Assembly (NCBI GenBank): GCA_951406725.2
Contig: OX597818.1
Coordinates: 67,270,001 to 67,334,000, forward strand
Direction of reading: 5' to 3'
Length of the DNA stretch: 64,000 bases
Source of the DNA: Octopus vulgaris
Taxonomy: Eukaryota
Part shown: positions 13,048 through 27,485 of the stretch, in pieces
Layout of the letters: each line of letters opens with the position of its first letter
Numbering within the stretch: position 1 is the first letter of the stretch
Notes under the pieces: generated by a model
What the model saw: only the letters and a program-made list of their open reading frames with translations
Database searches by the model: none
What the model was told of the DNA's origin: nothing
Translations under genes and position numbers: made by a program

Positions 13048-13340
13048 GCACATGGCTCAGTTGTTGGAGCGTCGGGCTTACGATCGTGAGGTTGTGAGTT
13101 CGAATCCCGGACCGGGTTGCGTGTTTTCTTCTTGAGCAAGACACTCTATTTCACGTTGCTCCAGTTCACTCAGTTATAGAAATGGGTTGCGACGTCGCCC
13201 CTTTGCTTTTCCCTTGGATAACACTGGTGGCGTGGAGAGTGGAGGCCGGTATGTATGGGCGACTGCTGGTCTTCCATAAACAACCTTGCCCGTCTTTTGC
13301 CTTGGGGGGTAGCTTTCTGGGGGTCTTAGAATATGCGGTA
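13048..13340 (+). mobile_element. tRNA-derived SINE family C
   Basis: A box (tggctcagttgttgg) and B box (gagttcgaatccc) followed by cttgagcaagacact…tttcacgttgctccagttcactcag; second copy at 39670-39970. Confidence 0.75.
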
Positions 13341-14239
13341 CTATCATTTATAGCATGATTATGTACTCTTGGAATGGGAATCACTTTCGCTGCAGAAATG
13401 GCATCAATCATGTTTTCACACACGTTGGGTGTTATGAGAATTTTCTCTGGAGTCTATTTCGAGCGCAAAAGTTGTTCTCACTTTCGATTATAAACATTAG
13501 CGTGTTAAATATGATTTTACATCTATATATATATTGCAAGATATGAAGTATTTATGATTCACTAATTTCAATAGTGAGCAACAAGTGAGGTTAATGTCGT
13601 CTTAAGACTAATTTAGTTGATGTTATTTTTTATTTTCTGTATTTTACATGTTTAAAAAAACCAGCTATATACAACCCATTACATTAAGACAAGTGATCAT
13701 AGCATATTTGATTTCTGATGTTTTTATTTGTAACACATTTCATTTTATGTCTGACAGATGATTTTCTAAATAGTTTTTAAAGTGTTTTCCAATATTTTGC
13801 TACTAAATTTATTCTAAGTTATTGCCGAAAATATAAAATAATTTCCCGGCTATACGAGTAATTACAGAAGAATTTTAACTGAATGTTTTTTCTTAATTGT
13901 TTTTTTTTTTATAATTTCTGGTTTTTATTTTTTGTTGCTTTAAAAATATTATTTTTTTCTTGAGTGTATAATTATGTGAAAATTATTTCAATTTATTAAT
14001 AGGAAATTGGTGTATGTCATTATTGCTTAATTGCTGTGTGTATTGTCAAATTTTGTATCGTTTTGATATGGACATGTAGGTATGTATATGTGTATACGTG
14101 TTTGCGTGAGCATGCCTGAATGTGTCTGAGTACATGTGCAGACATATATACAGACATGTATGTATGTATGTATGTATGTATCTATTTATGTATCAACGTA
14201 TAAATCTATAAATATATATATATGCATACATATACATGC

Positions 14240-14285
<46 letters not shown>

Positions 14286-14304
14286 TATATACATATATAT
14301 ATAC

Positions 14305-14363
<59 letters not shown>

Positions 14364-14388
14364 CATATACATATATACATACACGCAC

Positions 14389-14448
<60 letters not shown>

Positions 14449-14761
14449 CATAAGTGTGTAAGTTTGCATGTTTGTGAATATTTACATGTGTGTATGTGTG
14501 CCAGTATGTATTTGCGTTTCGTTTATTCACATTAAGTAAATTAATGTTTGACTGAAACTAAATTTTAGCTGATTATTGATTTACTAAAAAAAAAACAAAT
14601 AACAAATGTAATTCAAAAACAAGAACCATAAATACATTAGTACATCACTTTTCACCGTTATTTATGTCACATTTGCAGGCAAAAGAATCGCCTGCAACAA
14701 CTCTGCAGACGATGATAGGAATAAATATCGAAATTGCTTTTCACTCATTAAAAGCAAAATC

Positions 14762-14827
<66 letters not shown>

Positions 14828-16165
14828 CCGGTTCAATGTCTTCTTTTATTAGTAGTAGTGACTATATGACCACTGTTACTACTATTACTGCTTTCATTTT
14901 TCTCCTTCTTCTTCTCCTTCTCCTCCTCCTCCTTCTTCTTCTTCTTATTATTATTATTGTTGTTGCTGCTGCTGTTGTTATTCAGTCAGATAGCTGCGCA
15001 TGCCATCAAAGTGTCACGTGGGTAAACTATAAGAAACCTAATAAACTCACCATGACAACCAGTCTGATAAATGTACACCAGGCACATCAATCACACTCAT
15101 ATGTGTACGATATGGGTATATATCAAGGTAAATAGTGTGTTCAGGTGGGGCCCAGTTAGAATTTTCTTCAAACTTAGAAGCTCGTCCCGCTCAAAAGGTC
15201 CTTAAATAAGATTTCTTTAAAGATGATATACGAAACACCCATAATTCCTGAGATGAATTATTCAAACCGCAAATACTTCCTCTCAATACATCACTCTAAT
15301 GCTCCTCCTTTACTTCTCTGAGATGCACTTATTGTCAGCCGGCAAGGATCACGCTCAACTGGTTATGGTTCAGTAACTGACAAGCAAATCTGTAGTATTT
15401 GAACATACGTAAAATTATGAATGTATGATTCACATTCCGGTTGGTTTTGGTACCATCTTTCGATTACTCCATAATTCATTTTAAGTATGTGTCAACTTAA
15501 TGCCTTGGCAATACGAATATATTTCAATTGGCGTAGTTTATTGTTATGATTATTTTTCTTACGGCACCAAGTTGACATTCAATGACACACACACACAAAC
15601 ACTCAAGCACGCACCCACCTACTGGGAAATTTGAAGTCGAATGGCGCAGTGGTTTTTATATTCGGCAAGCAGTTGTTATGAAATTGTTAAATTCACCGAA
15701 ACTGGCGTTGCGTTGAGAGTGTAATAAAGCCACTGCACTTTACTCTCACTCCTTATTTATATCACACAGTGGATAAAGCGCTCAGTGGGATTGTGGGCAT
15801 ACTGCGAAATTATCTGTCGAGACGCGACATTTGGGAGGTCACCAAAATATGTTGGAAGTAACGAAAATACTGTAGAGGCCACCAGAACATGTTAGAGGCC
15901 ACCAATGAATACCTATTCGGATGTGCTTGTTTCCTTTGTAGATAATCATAACAATAATGTTAAATGCAATTAGAATTAATAATTGAAATATTTTAATGAC
16001 TTTCACAATTTGTAACGACATTTTCCTTGGAAAATTACCATTAATATTTAATTATATTAATTTAGAGGTAATTATATACATGTCTTCAAAGCAAAGATCA
16101 TATCTAAAATTGCCAACATTGTACGATGTTGTAACTAATAACGTTTATTGTTTTTTCATATACTA

Positions 16166-16562
16166 CTAGCAGTATTGCCCGGCGTTGCTCGGGTTTGTAA
16201 GGGAAATAACTATATAAGCATTTTTAGAGATGTAAAGTATAATAGTCATCTCAATATTGCTAACCACAAAGGGGGGAGTATTACTGTAGCTTTTTACGTT
16301 TTGAGATGTAATAATACATTTTTAGAGAGTTACTTCCCTTATATATGCCAAAAATGCATTAAAAATGGGAAAAATTGATGGTAATGTTTTTTTTAAATCG
16401 TAGACTCATCGTAGACGCGCGCTAATACCCATAAGGGCTCGATATGAATCACGACTATAAGATACCCGGTTTTGGTTAAACTGCACCGCAAAATGTGGGA
16501 GTAGTTAGGAATCTAAATCGTAGGAGACAGACAGCACGCAACCTCACTTTTATATATAAAGA
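16166..16562 (-). mobile_element. non-autonomous Helitron
   Basis: Minus strand TC…CTAG, hairpin cccgagcaacgccggg, A|T target. Confidence 0.85.
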
Positions 16563-16863
16563 TATAACGGTCATATTTTTTCTAAAAGTCTTTGCTATAT
16601 TTACTAAATGGTTAAGTAATTGTCTAGACGAAATGTCCATGTTTCTAATTGTCGTAGAATTCATATGTATATTTGTTGTTCTTTCCTCATCCACCGATGT
16701 CGCCAAAGATATCAATAAAAATTATTTTTCTTCGACGGTATTTTTCTTAAAGCTCTTTTTGTATTGCGTTCGTGTACTGGAAATATTTCCTTGGAGCACT
16801 TTGAATTTACATAATTTTGGATCACCTTCAATATCTAGAGTTAACATTATCTTTGTATATATT

Positions 16864-17267
16864 TATTTCTTTATTGCCCGCAGGGGTGTAAACATAGAGA
16901 GGATAAACGAAGCGATTAAGTTGATTACATCTACCCCAGAGGATAACTGGTAATTATATAATAGACACGGAAAGGATGAAAGGCAAAGTCGACCCCAGCA
17001 GAATTTGCACTCAGAACGTAACGACAGACGAAATACCTATTTCTTTACTACCCACAAGGGGCTAAACACAGAGAGGACAAACAAGGACAGAAAAACGGAT
17101 TAAGTCGATTATATCGACCCCAGTGCATAAAGGTACTTATATAATCGACACAGAAAGGATGAAAGGCAAAGTGGACTTCGGCGGAATTTGAACTCAGAAC
17201 GTAACGGCAGACGAAATACTGCTAAGCATTTCGCCTGGCGTGCTAACGACTGTGTCAGATCGCTGCC
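16864..17267 (-). mobile_element. dimeric SINE family A
   Basis: Full monomer followed by a 5'-truncated monomer; CORE-like gtcgactttgcctttcatcctttc…gtcgat. Confidence 0.8.
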
Positions 17268-17340
17268 CTTTCTATATATTAATATATTTTTTTTTGTATC
17301 TAAATATATATTGATACAACAGAAACGAAAGTCCTCGTTG

Positions 17341-17715
17341 TAAACTTAGACTTAGACTTAGATAAACTTAGATATGTTTCGAGCAATGATTGGTCCAGGC
17401 CATGTCTAACTTAATAGCACCACCTGATAGGATTATTCGAATCCTGTTTAACTCAAGTTTTGTTTGAGTCAAGTTTTGTTCAAGTAGTGAGTTCTTGTTG
17501 GGTGAGTTGTATCCAATTATGGGTGGCTTATCTGGTATTCTTTGAAGGAATCTATCCAGACACTGTTTAAAGTTGATGGGATCTTTTTCCTCTTTGATCT
17601 CCCTCGGGACAATGTTAAATACGGCAGGGCCTGTTGAGGAAAAGAAATTATGTTGCAGTGTACATGTATGGTGAAGTTAACACCTAATGATGTGATTTTC
17701 TCTCTCTGTATTTTT
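17341..17715 (-). mobile_element. CR1/L2-group LINE 3' end
   Basis: Translation TLQHNFFSSTGPAVFNIVPREIKEEKDPINFKQCLDRFLQRIPDKP resembles a CR1-type ORF2 C-terminus; (CTAAGT)n tail. Confidence 0.65.
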
Positions 17716-18211
17716 GTTATGTGTGTGTGTGTGTGTGCGTGTGTGTGTGTTTGTGTGTGTGTGTGCGTGCGTGCGAGTGCACGCATATTTTAGAGTTAAC
17801 TGGGGATGTTGTTAGTGCATTGATTTTCACGCTAATTGTTTAATTATTCGTACATTAAAAAGGGGCGCTCGCGATTCATTTATGTACATCATATAAGAGA
17901 TTTGCCAGAAAACATTTGCAGCTAATTAGTGAATAGATTAAAGAAATGGATTAACTGCATGTTCTCATTCATACCTTTATGGATCACTTATCAATCAATG
18001 TCAAAATAGTTTGGAACGAGATCGAAAACGGTGAATGAGGGAGAATTAGAGAAACAGAGAATTGAACTTATACTAAGCAACAGATTTTATAACTACACAA
18101 ACATTGATATACCTGCGTTAGTATACCCGTGTGTGTGTTTACCTGTATTATACATGGACGTTCTTTCATACGACACAGTCGCACACACGCATGTATATTC
18201 CTATATATATA

Positions 18212-18436
18212 TATTTCTTTATTGCCCACAAGGGGCTAAACATAGAAGGGACAAACATGGATAGACAAAGGGATTAAATCGATTACATCGACCCCAGTGC
18301 GAAACTGGTACTTTATTTAATCGACCCCGAAAGGATAAAAGGCAAAGTCGAACTCAGCAGAATTTGAACTCAGAACGTAACGGCAGACGAAATACCACTA
18401 CGCCCGTCGCGCTAACGTGTCTGCCAGCTCGCCGCC
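18212..18436 (-). mobile_element. SINE family A monomer
   Basis: ggcggcgagctggcaga… head, B-box-like gttctgagttcaaattc, CORE-like block. Confidence 0.85.
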
Positions 18437-19673
18437 TTACTCATACATATTCCTATACAAGTGTATGAATGTATTTACGCAAGCAATTACCTATCCTCAT
18501 GTATGTACTTCTATTTATTCGTGCCATATTCTTTATATGCATACTTTCGTTTGCCTTCAATTTCTTAAATTCTATTTTGATAATAATGTGTTAAAAGTCA
18601 ATAGTTTCTTCAGAAATTACAAACATAATATGAGCTCTAGTACTTCACCATTCGCCTGTCTCTCTTTTTCTCCCTCTCTTCTACTGCCACTCCGTCTCTT
18701 TCCAAATAATATTCACTTATATACAAATGCATGCAAATATCAACTTCAGCATACAACTCAATAAAACATTTCATTCGACTTTAATTTAGCCATAAATAAT
18801 TGCCTTACTGTGCCTTCAACCATATCTTGATTCATCCTACGCAGAATAAATATTTGAGTTTCCAACCCAGTTCCTATTCGTTCGGATTTCATAGAGAAAA
18901 CCAAATGTTATTTCGTAGAGAAATGGGAAAGAACCATGTGGTCCTGTTTAATTTTGATTGATTGCCATACAACAATGCAGTATGGATTTAGCTCTCAATT
19001 AATAACCAGATATAATTCCTTGCTTGTATCCAATCATTGTTGCTCTGTTGACTGTAAGTATGATAAATATACTGTGTACATTCAGGATCGCTAGACTCCT
19101 AAACGCTATTTATTGAGGGAGCGATCAATTAAGTGCAAACGCCACTACGGCCATTGTATTTCTCCTTTGATGAACTACACTCCTCTCTTTCCTTCAGAAT
19201 GGTTTTCTCTCTCTCTCTCTCTCTCTTTAACTCTCTCTCCCTTTCTCCTCTTCAGTGTTATAGCGTCTTCGATTTTAACATTGCAGTAGATATGGCACGC
19301 AATTGTTGCGAACTCGGGCATTTAGTGCAGTTTTCAAGGTAAATGTCAATATAGATTCAGACGTATGGAAAATTTACTCTACTCGCCACGTTCACCGACT
19401 GAGGTTTCATTCTCAAATTATTGGAGATGAAAAGACAAGCATCTACGTAAATAAACTTGTTCAGAAAGTTGAGCATAGGAAATACATAAAATTCAGAGAG
19501 AATATGATGTTCACACACAGACATGCACACTCATAATGTGGCACATAAATATATGCATGTATTCATATATATTATCTTTGTGTATCTATCTATCTATCTA
19601 TCTGTCTGTCTGCATATCTATATGTCTGACTCACTGTCTATCTATCTACCTATCTATCTACCTATCTATCTAC

Positions 19674-19802
<129 letters not shown>

Positions 19803-19817
19803 GCTAGCTAGCTATCT

Positions 19818-20036
19818 AACTTCCTTTTCCTTTTCTTTTTTTATTTCTATTTTCTATTTTTTATTTTATTCTTCATTTTTTTGTTCTTTTCTTCCCTTTT
19901 CTTGATCGAAAACCTAAGCTACCCCTTTTTTTCTTTTTTGTTTCTTTTGTTTTTTTTTTTTCAACCCCCAAAAGAAAAGCTCTACTTTGTAACTTGTCCC
20001 ATCTGTGTGCAGCCCTGTGTGGCCAATAAAGAAACA
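19818..20036 (+). mobile_element. probable L1/Tx1-like 3' UTR inserted in (TATC)n
   Basis: T-rich stretch ending in AATAAA (20025-20030) immediately before (TATC)n; class assignment is inference. Confidence 0.4.
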
Positions 20037-20058
20037 TATCTATCTATCTATCAATATA

Positions 20059-20115
<57 letters not shown>

Positions 20116-20198
20116 GTCTGTCTGTCTGTCTGCATATCTATCTGTCTGACTCTCTGTCTATCTATCTATCTATCGATCTAACACAGGTATATATATAT

Positions 20199-20590
20199 AT
20201 TTTATTTATCACAGGAAAGTAAACATAGAGGGGACAAACAAGAACAGACAAAGTATTTAAATCGATTACATCGACCCCAGTTAGGCACTGGTTCATATTT
20301 TTTCGACCCTGAAAGGATGAAGAGAAAAGTCGACCTCGGTGGAATTTGAACTCAGAACGTAGCGCCAGATGGAATACCTATTTCTTTACTACCCTCAAGG
20401 GGCTAAACACAGAGAGGACAAACAAGCACAGACAAACGGATTAAGTCGATTATATCGACCCCAGTGCGTAGCTGGTACTTAATTTATCGACCCCGAAAAG
20501 ATGAAAGGCAAAGTCGACCTCGGCGGAATTTGAAATGAGAACGAAATGCGGCTACGCATTTCGCCTGGCGTGCTAACGTTTCTGCCAGCT
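20199..20590 (-). mobile_element. dimeric SINE family A
   Basis: Same two-monomer layout and internal junction as 16864-17267. Confidence 0.8.
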
Positions 20591-21756
20591 CATGTCAGAG
20601 TATGTTTCTTCAGAACAAACTTACATGACACGATACTAAAATTGATAGTTGCGGTTCTGAATATAAGACTAGAACGGATAGAATGACAATCATGTTTTTC
20701 ATGATATCTGTTCTGTAGAAAAGGACAGGTACACGGAATGTAGGTGTAGATGTGACCATGACAGAATTTATGTGAGGTATGTAAATTGTAAAATTGTAAA
20801 AATAAAAGAGACACAGTGCAATGAGCATGAGTACAATATACACAGGAGGTCGACAGAGAATTTAAGAACAATTCCACATCCACTTACATCTTCCTGTTAG
20901 TGAACCTATGTGTTCATGAGTGAGAGTGTGTGTATTAATGCATGTGCGTGCGTGAATATATGTGTGTGCATGCCTGTCTGTGCGTCTGTGCTGCAAATTT
21001 AACCTACACCATTAAGCTAACAAGAAAAGTCATAACTCAGACCCAAATGTGTCTTCGTCCAATTATATAACCCAAAGCTATAAGGAGGAAACGAACACAG
21101 GACAATCAACTGACACATACACACATTCCTACATACAGACACACACATATGTATAAAATATAGCTAGATATGTATAACATAAACATATATATATATATAT
21201 TTATATATATATTTATATATATATAGAGAGAGAGAGAGTTGGATAGATAGATAGATATAGATATATATGTGTGTGTATATGTATTTATGAGTGTGTGTGC
21301 GTGTGTGTGTGTGTACATAGAACTAACTGGATAGATGCGTCAAAATGTTGCAAACCAAAATACTGACAGTTCGCCTTCCGACATTCCTTTGCAGGTCATT
21401 CTCTAAGTTTCCCTTTCAAATCCACAACTTCATTTAATTGCAATTTCATCTATTACCTGTCAGGAATGAATAGTTTATTGGAACGATACATACTTTGTAT
21501 CATATTATTTGATCTCTATTTGTTTATGTGAGATACGGTTATTTCGTTTCTTAATCGTTTTGCTCAACATTTGACACTGTGCTGTAATAGCTACTAAATA
21601 TAAACGGTATGCCTGTAAATCTTGTCATGTCAGAAAGTAACCGTTTGAAGAATATAGATTGTAGCAGAGCTAATAAAAGCAGCTGTATATAACTCTTCCT
21701 ACTGTAATTCTTGCTGCCAATGAGTGAATTCTTTGAAGTTGCAGTCAGAGAGAGAA

Positions 21757-21814
<58 letters not shown>

Positions 21815-21977
21815 ACAAAAAGCAGCAACGCAGATACTGTTATAACTGCAAATCATGTTGTCAGTACTTTAACTCTTTCGGGAACACAGGGAATTAGTAG
21901 GGCCACTAAACCACAAACATAAAATTTACATCTGTAAATTCCTACACCTTTGTTGAAATCATTTTAGGCTCTAAGAT

Positions 21978-22020
<43 letters not shown>

Positions 22021-22075
22021 CTGTGTATACATACATATATACGAAGATATATATATCCGTATGTGTATGTCTCTA

Positions 22076-22133
<58 letters not shown>

Positions 22134-22184
22134 AATCTATCTGTCTACCATTCCATCTCTCTATCTCTCTATCTCTCTATCTAT

Positions 22185-22230
<46 letters not shown>

Positions 22231-22241
22231 CTCTATCTATC

Positions 22242-22274
<33 letters not shown>

Positions 22275-23463
22275 GTATATGTCTGTGTGTGTGTGCGCGC
22301 GCGTGTGTGTGTGTGTGTATGTGTACTGAATTAATCTTCTGAACAGTATGGTATTCAAAGAAACACTGTATAAACGAATAAAAGTATATAATGTGGAAGA
22401 ACGGAGAACATTTAGTGAATTCGGGTTTTGCCTAATGATTGATAATGGCAGCAGATCCATAAGTAACGCCGCATCGATACATATCAATGTTAAGGTTAAA
22501 TACTATTTTGTGGTGGGACAATGATTTTTAATGTAAAATTATGTGGAACCTGAGTAGAATAGGGATATCTGTCGAAAGATGATGGCTGTATTGCAAATAG
22601 GGAAAAAGGTTTCTCTGCTGATGCATTCAGATTTGATTTGGTGCCTGGGTTACAAATGGAATATATAATAAGAAGAATGACATGCAGTGTCCGGTGTGGA
22701 ATAATGAGAGTGATGAATGCGATTCTAGGTAAGTCATCTGTGTATAGAAGGACGAGAATGAGAAGACATGAAAACTCTGAGCATGCAGGACTCGATGGAA
22801 TGAGGGCTAGATAAATATCCGTCAACTGTAGCGGCATTAGGTGTGATCTAAGAAGGAATTGCCCATCGAAAAGTTAAGAGATGGTTTGGTCTCGAAGGTA
22901 GGATGTTTCGAAAGGAGATCTGCATATCGTACGCGGTCGAATTCTTGGTAATGTCTAAAATGAGATCTCATTTGTCGATGTATTTCTCCAAGGTTACAGA
23001 TATTGGATGAGAGTAGGAGAAAGGATTAACAGTGGGTATAGCTGTAGGCCAACATCATTATTGGTCCTTTACAGGAAGGAGAGAAAGCAGGAGAAGAGAA
23101 TCAGTGGAGAAGAAACAGATGAAAAGGGCGAGGGTGAGAAGGGTTCAAGGTTTTGCAGGATATCGATGATAACTGACACGTACCTTAGAATTTTCATAAC
23201 TGAATGCGAAAAAGCAAAACGGTGTAGGGTCAGGTAGGTTGGAAGTTTGAAATATACTCTCTAAAACTCAGGTACATGTAGAGATAGATGGGTAGCAATA
23301 GATAGTAATTGAGTAAGAGTATTCGCTTGAGAGAGAAAGAGACAGACTGATGCGCTTGGTGAGTATAGGGATTACATGGTGAGTATAGTAGCTTACGTGT
23401 ATACAGTAATGTGCATAGAGAGAATCGTCATACTTGTTTTACCGTGATAGGAAGTATATTCAA

Positions 23464-23858
23464 CTGGCAGTATCGCCCGGCGTTGCTCGAGTTTGTAAGG
23501 GAAATAACTATATAAGCATTTTTAGAGAGTTATAGCCAAAAAATAGCAAAAACATGCATTAAAAATGGAAAAACAATTATTGTAATTTGTTTTTTATCAT
23601 TGACTCATCGTAGACATTTTTAAAGAGTTACTTCCCTTATATAATAGCGAAAAAAATGCATTAAAATGGAAAAAATGATGGTAATTTTTTTTAAAATCGT
23701 AGACTCATCGTAGACGCGCGCTAATACCCAGAAGGACTCGATATGAATCACGACTATAAGATACCCAGTTTCGGTTAAACTGCACCGCAAAATGTGGGAG
23801 GAGTTAGGAATCTAAATCGTAGGAGACAGACACACAACCTTACTTTTATATATAAAGA
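23464..23858 (-). mobile_element. non-autonomous Helitron
   Basis: Highly similar to 16166-16562 at both ends; 3' terminus CCAG (mutated CTAG), 5' TC. Confidence 0.8.
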
Positions 23859-25122
23859 TTTCGCGGACATGTGGGTATGTGTGTGCTCGCGCACGTACAC
23901 GTTCGCATAAGTTTCAAGAGAATTTAAAAGGAAACTTATAATCTAAAGAAAGGCGTTTCACGTGGATGCAGACGTGCGTCTATGTGTGTGTGTGTGCGTG
24001 TGCGTGTGTGAGTGTGTGTGTATGCGTGCATGTGCATATTTGTATGCACGTATGTATGTATGTATGTATGTGTGTGTTTCTTTGTGCCACCCACCACAGG
24101 TTGGCAAACAGTATTTTCAATACATCGACATTTCCATCTGTACACACCCACGCACACACATACACAAACACACAAACACGACCATACACACACACACACA
24201 CACACAAACACATACACAGACTCACATACGTGTATTGATTGCAATCTAGATAAATTTTCATATATATAGATTCTTTGTGCATGGCAGTCACAGGATTTGG
24301 CCAAGCTGGTGCATCGACTTTACAATGTAATCTATCTGGTGCACTGACGATTTTGATACTTCACAAATATGTTATAAACAAACACCTCCCACCACCAAAC
24401 ACACATACTTACATACACACACCACACACACAAACACGAAATGAATAATCAATAGCATCCACAACACCTAAGCACCAAATACACCTCAACTGGTCTCCTT
24501 ATCTATTTACTTACATTCTCTGGTGAACCAAAGAGCCTTAGATCACACGATAAGCAAATTTCTATATCACAACATGGTGGCCTGAAGCTGAAACATCTAA
24601 ATAGACACACCTGTAAACAAACATTTACCCTCATGACTGAACTCTGACAAAAATATTTCTACTAAACCAATAAAAAGAGGTTTAACATAATAAATAGTGT
24701 TTAAATAACATGAACGTCACTTGAGCGGCAGCTCGACATCTGCTGCCCAACTAAACATTTAACCAACCTATAATATGTATTGAACCCTAAAAATGAATCC
24801 CGCAACCTGAAGCTAACACACCTATATAAGCACAAGTGAGCTTGTAAATTTCACGCTAGCTAAACTCTGAACCGCGTTACACTTACAACGTTAAACAATA
24901 GTTCCCCACGAGAAGCCACGCTTCAATCTAAACTTTATTCATCAAAGATCCACCAAGCACAGTGAAAATGCACACCAGAGATTATACAATCCCAGTTCAG
25001 TGTAGGTTAGCAGGTCAGAATTTCGAAGCTACTTCTCTAACAGTATAATAAATATTTTTTCTACAAATCTATTGAGTAATTCTTCAGTTTAAGGTTAAAA
25101 ATGCTTTTAATTATAATTCAAC

Positions 25123-26440
25123 TTCGTCGTCGACTCCAGCTCGCATTCGAGCATTGGATTCGTTAGTATCTATCCAGTCCCCTCGTCTGATGTTGGTGAC
25201 GAATGTGACTTTGGAGTAGAAGTCGGTGGTGAAAGGGATGTGAGCTGAATTCGCACAGAATGATCACTGCGGGTCGAGGATTTTAAAGACACCCCTTTTT
25301 CTCCTACGTTGTAGCTCCTCAATCTCTTGTCTGTCCTTCGCGAAGGAGCCATTGTGGATAGCTGTTCTCCAAACTGTTCTATCCATAGCAATATGTCCCC
25401 ATGAAGAATGGCTGGATGTTAGTTTGAGCCAGGGTCCATTTGATCTAGTCTTTAAAACGGGATTTCGGACTTCCTCTGCGTCTTGTCTCGATTGCAAGCT
25501 CTCTGCAGAGCACGATCTTTGGGTGACGAAAGGACTCCATACGCCGGACATGACCTGCCCAGCAGAGACGATGGCGAAGAACGCTTGGTAGTGAGGCGCG
25601 GCGAAGTACCTTGTGTTTGTATGGTGATATTCCCATCGTATGTTGAGGATCTGTCGTATCATGGATTGCCGGAAGCATTCAAAGCGATTGAAGTCACGAT
25701 GGTACAGAGTTCAAGTCACACAACCGTAGAGGAGAGTTGACAGGACAGTGGCACAAGAGACCATGATCTTTCTCCGAATGGTCAGTGCGTGATTGAAGAA
25801 TACACGTCGGCAGAGTCTACTAAAGGTGGAGTGGGCTACTTTTATCCGGTTCTCTACATCCTTTTCACACATAAGGGTCTTCAACAAGATACTCTCAAGG
25901 ACTGAGAAGTGTTCAACTTCTTCTAGGGATTAACCGTCGATACTAATGTTCGTGGGTGTTCTCTTCTGGCCTGGTGCGGGTTTTTAATGTGTTTTAATGT
26001 GTTTACCTGTATCCCGAATAGTTCGTAAGCTGCGTTGTAAAGATCAGCAGTCTTTTGTAGGACATGTGCCGTCCGGCTAAGAGTGGCATTATCGTCAACA
26101 TACTGCATCTCATGGAATGAGATGGCGGAGGTCTTCGTCTTTGCGCGAAAAGTGCGAGATTGAAGAATCCGCCATGAAAGTGGTGGCGCATGTTGATGGA
26201 AAGCGAGTGTTGTGTGATTTCGTTGAACGCGGCGGCCATATAGAAAAATAAACAGGTTGGTGCCAGGACGCATCCTTGCTTGAGATCCCCAATGATGAGA
26301 AACGGGTGTTTGAGGGCATTGTGATGGTACACTCTACCCACCATGACGTCATGAAGGGAATAGACCTGGGCAATGAAGTCTTCCGGACATTCAAACCGTG
26401 CAAGGACGGCCAACATTTCAGGATGGGGGTCCTATATGGG
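25123..26440 (-). pseudogene. RTE-clade LINE reverse transcriptase relic, 5'-truncated
   Basis: ORF pieces LKQGCVLAPT, QYVDD…FGIQVNTLK and WAGHVRRM…PKIVL..EL…R.RG.PK.RFKD are typical RTE motifs; frameshifted. Confidence 0.85.
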
Positions 26441-27438
26441 TTCATCATACTTAGGTAAATCTAATAAAACTTTTATGTGAACATAATTCTCTTTTAAGTG
26501 CAAAGAGCGACCAATGAGAAGCGCACGAAACAAGTTTCCATTGTGGAGTAATATATATTTTAGATCCCTCTTCGGACTATCTATAAGGAGTCTCCATTCT
26601 CTAGGATCATTCTGTTCACATCCCCCCACGTTTAACACTTCCACCACACCATAGCAGTAAGCATAATCTTTTCCATTTGTAAAGAATGCCAAGAGATCTT
26701 TTTCCTTGTTCTGGTAAAATATCATGTTTGTTTCTTTCTGCAAAAAATTCTTCTCTTTAAGTCTAGAAGTTAACAATTCTGAGAACTCTTTTGACAGTTC
26801 TAGGTATCTAACTAAATCATTAAGTTCTGCCTGGTTGAAGTTTTCACGTTCTTTGCTTGATGTTTCTACAAAGTCTATATCACTGTCATGTTCATCTTGC
26901 AGTGAAGGTAAATCCTTGAAAACGGGTACGGGTATGCCATCTGAGGGAAGCACTTGATGAATTGCTGAATCTAGATTTCGGTAACTTATTTTCCCTCACG
27001 TTATCTTGCTATAACTAGAAGATTTTTTGAGACAAAAACAGCACTCGTTTACATGGTTCTTTGGCACCAACCATATCATAGAAATACCAAATGTTAGTCG
27101 TTTCCTTGTGCTCTTTGTCCATTGGTGTAGTGTTTCGACATTGTGCATGTCCACAATTAATCCTCATTACCAACATCGCTCTTTAAGTAAGCCAAGCAGG
27201 ATTTTTCGCAATCTCACTAACATTCATTATTTGACTTGGAACAGTGAAACACCCACATATATAATAAGAGAAATCAGGGAAATCCATGCGTTTCAAACAT
27301 GGAAGTATGGGTGGGGCCAATATGGACCAGCCAATAGAAAAAGACGTGATAGAAAGGAAATATTGCCACTTTTAAACTCAGTAACCCCAGGTCTCAAACT
27401 TAGGTCAGCAGATAGAAGATAGAATTTGTTGGCCAGTG
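26441..27438 (-). mobile_element. Chapaev3-like (CMC superfamily) DNA transposon, 5' part with transposase relic
   Basis: 173-aa ORF FNQAELNDLVR.L.LSKE.SELL.SRLKEKN…EWRLLIDS.KR.LK.ILLHNGN; 5' terminus CACTG at 27438. Confidence 0.75.
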
Positions 27439-27485
27439 TTTTACATTCACATACATATATCTCGATATACATATATCTCGATATA

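Noticed and set aside
13048-13125. tRNA-like sequence with A and B boxes
   Set aside because: No complete cloverleaf or acceptor stem; continues into a repeated SINE body.
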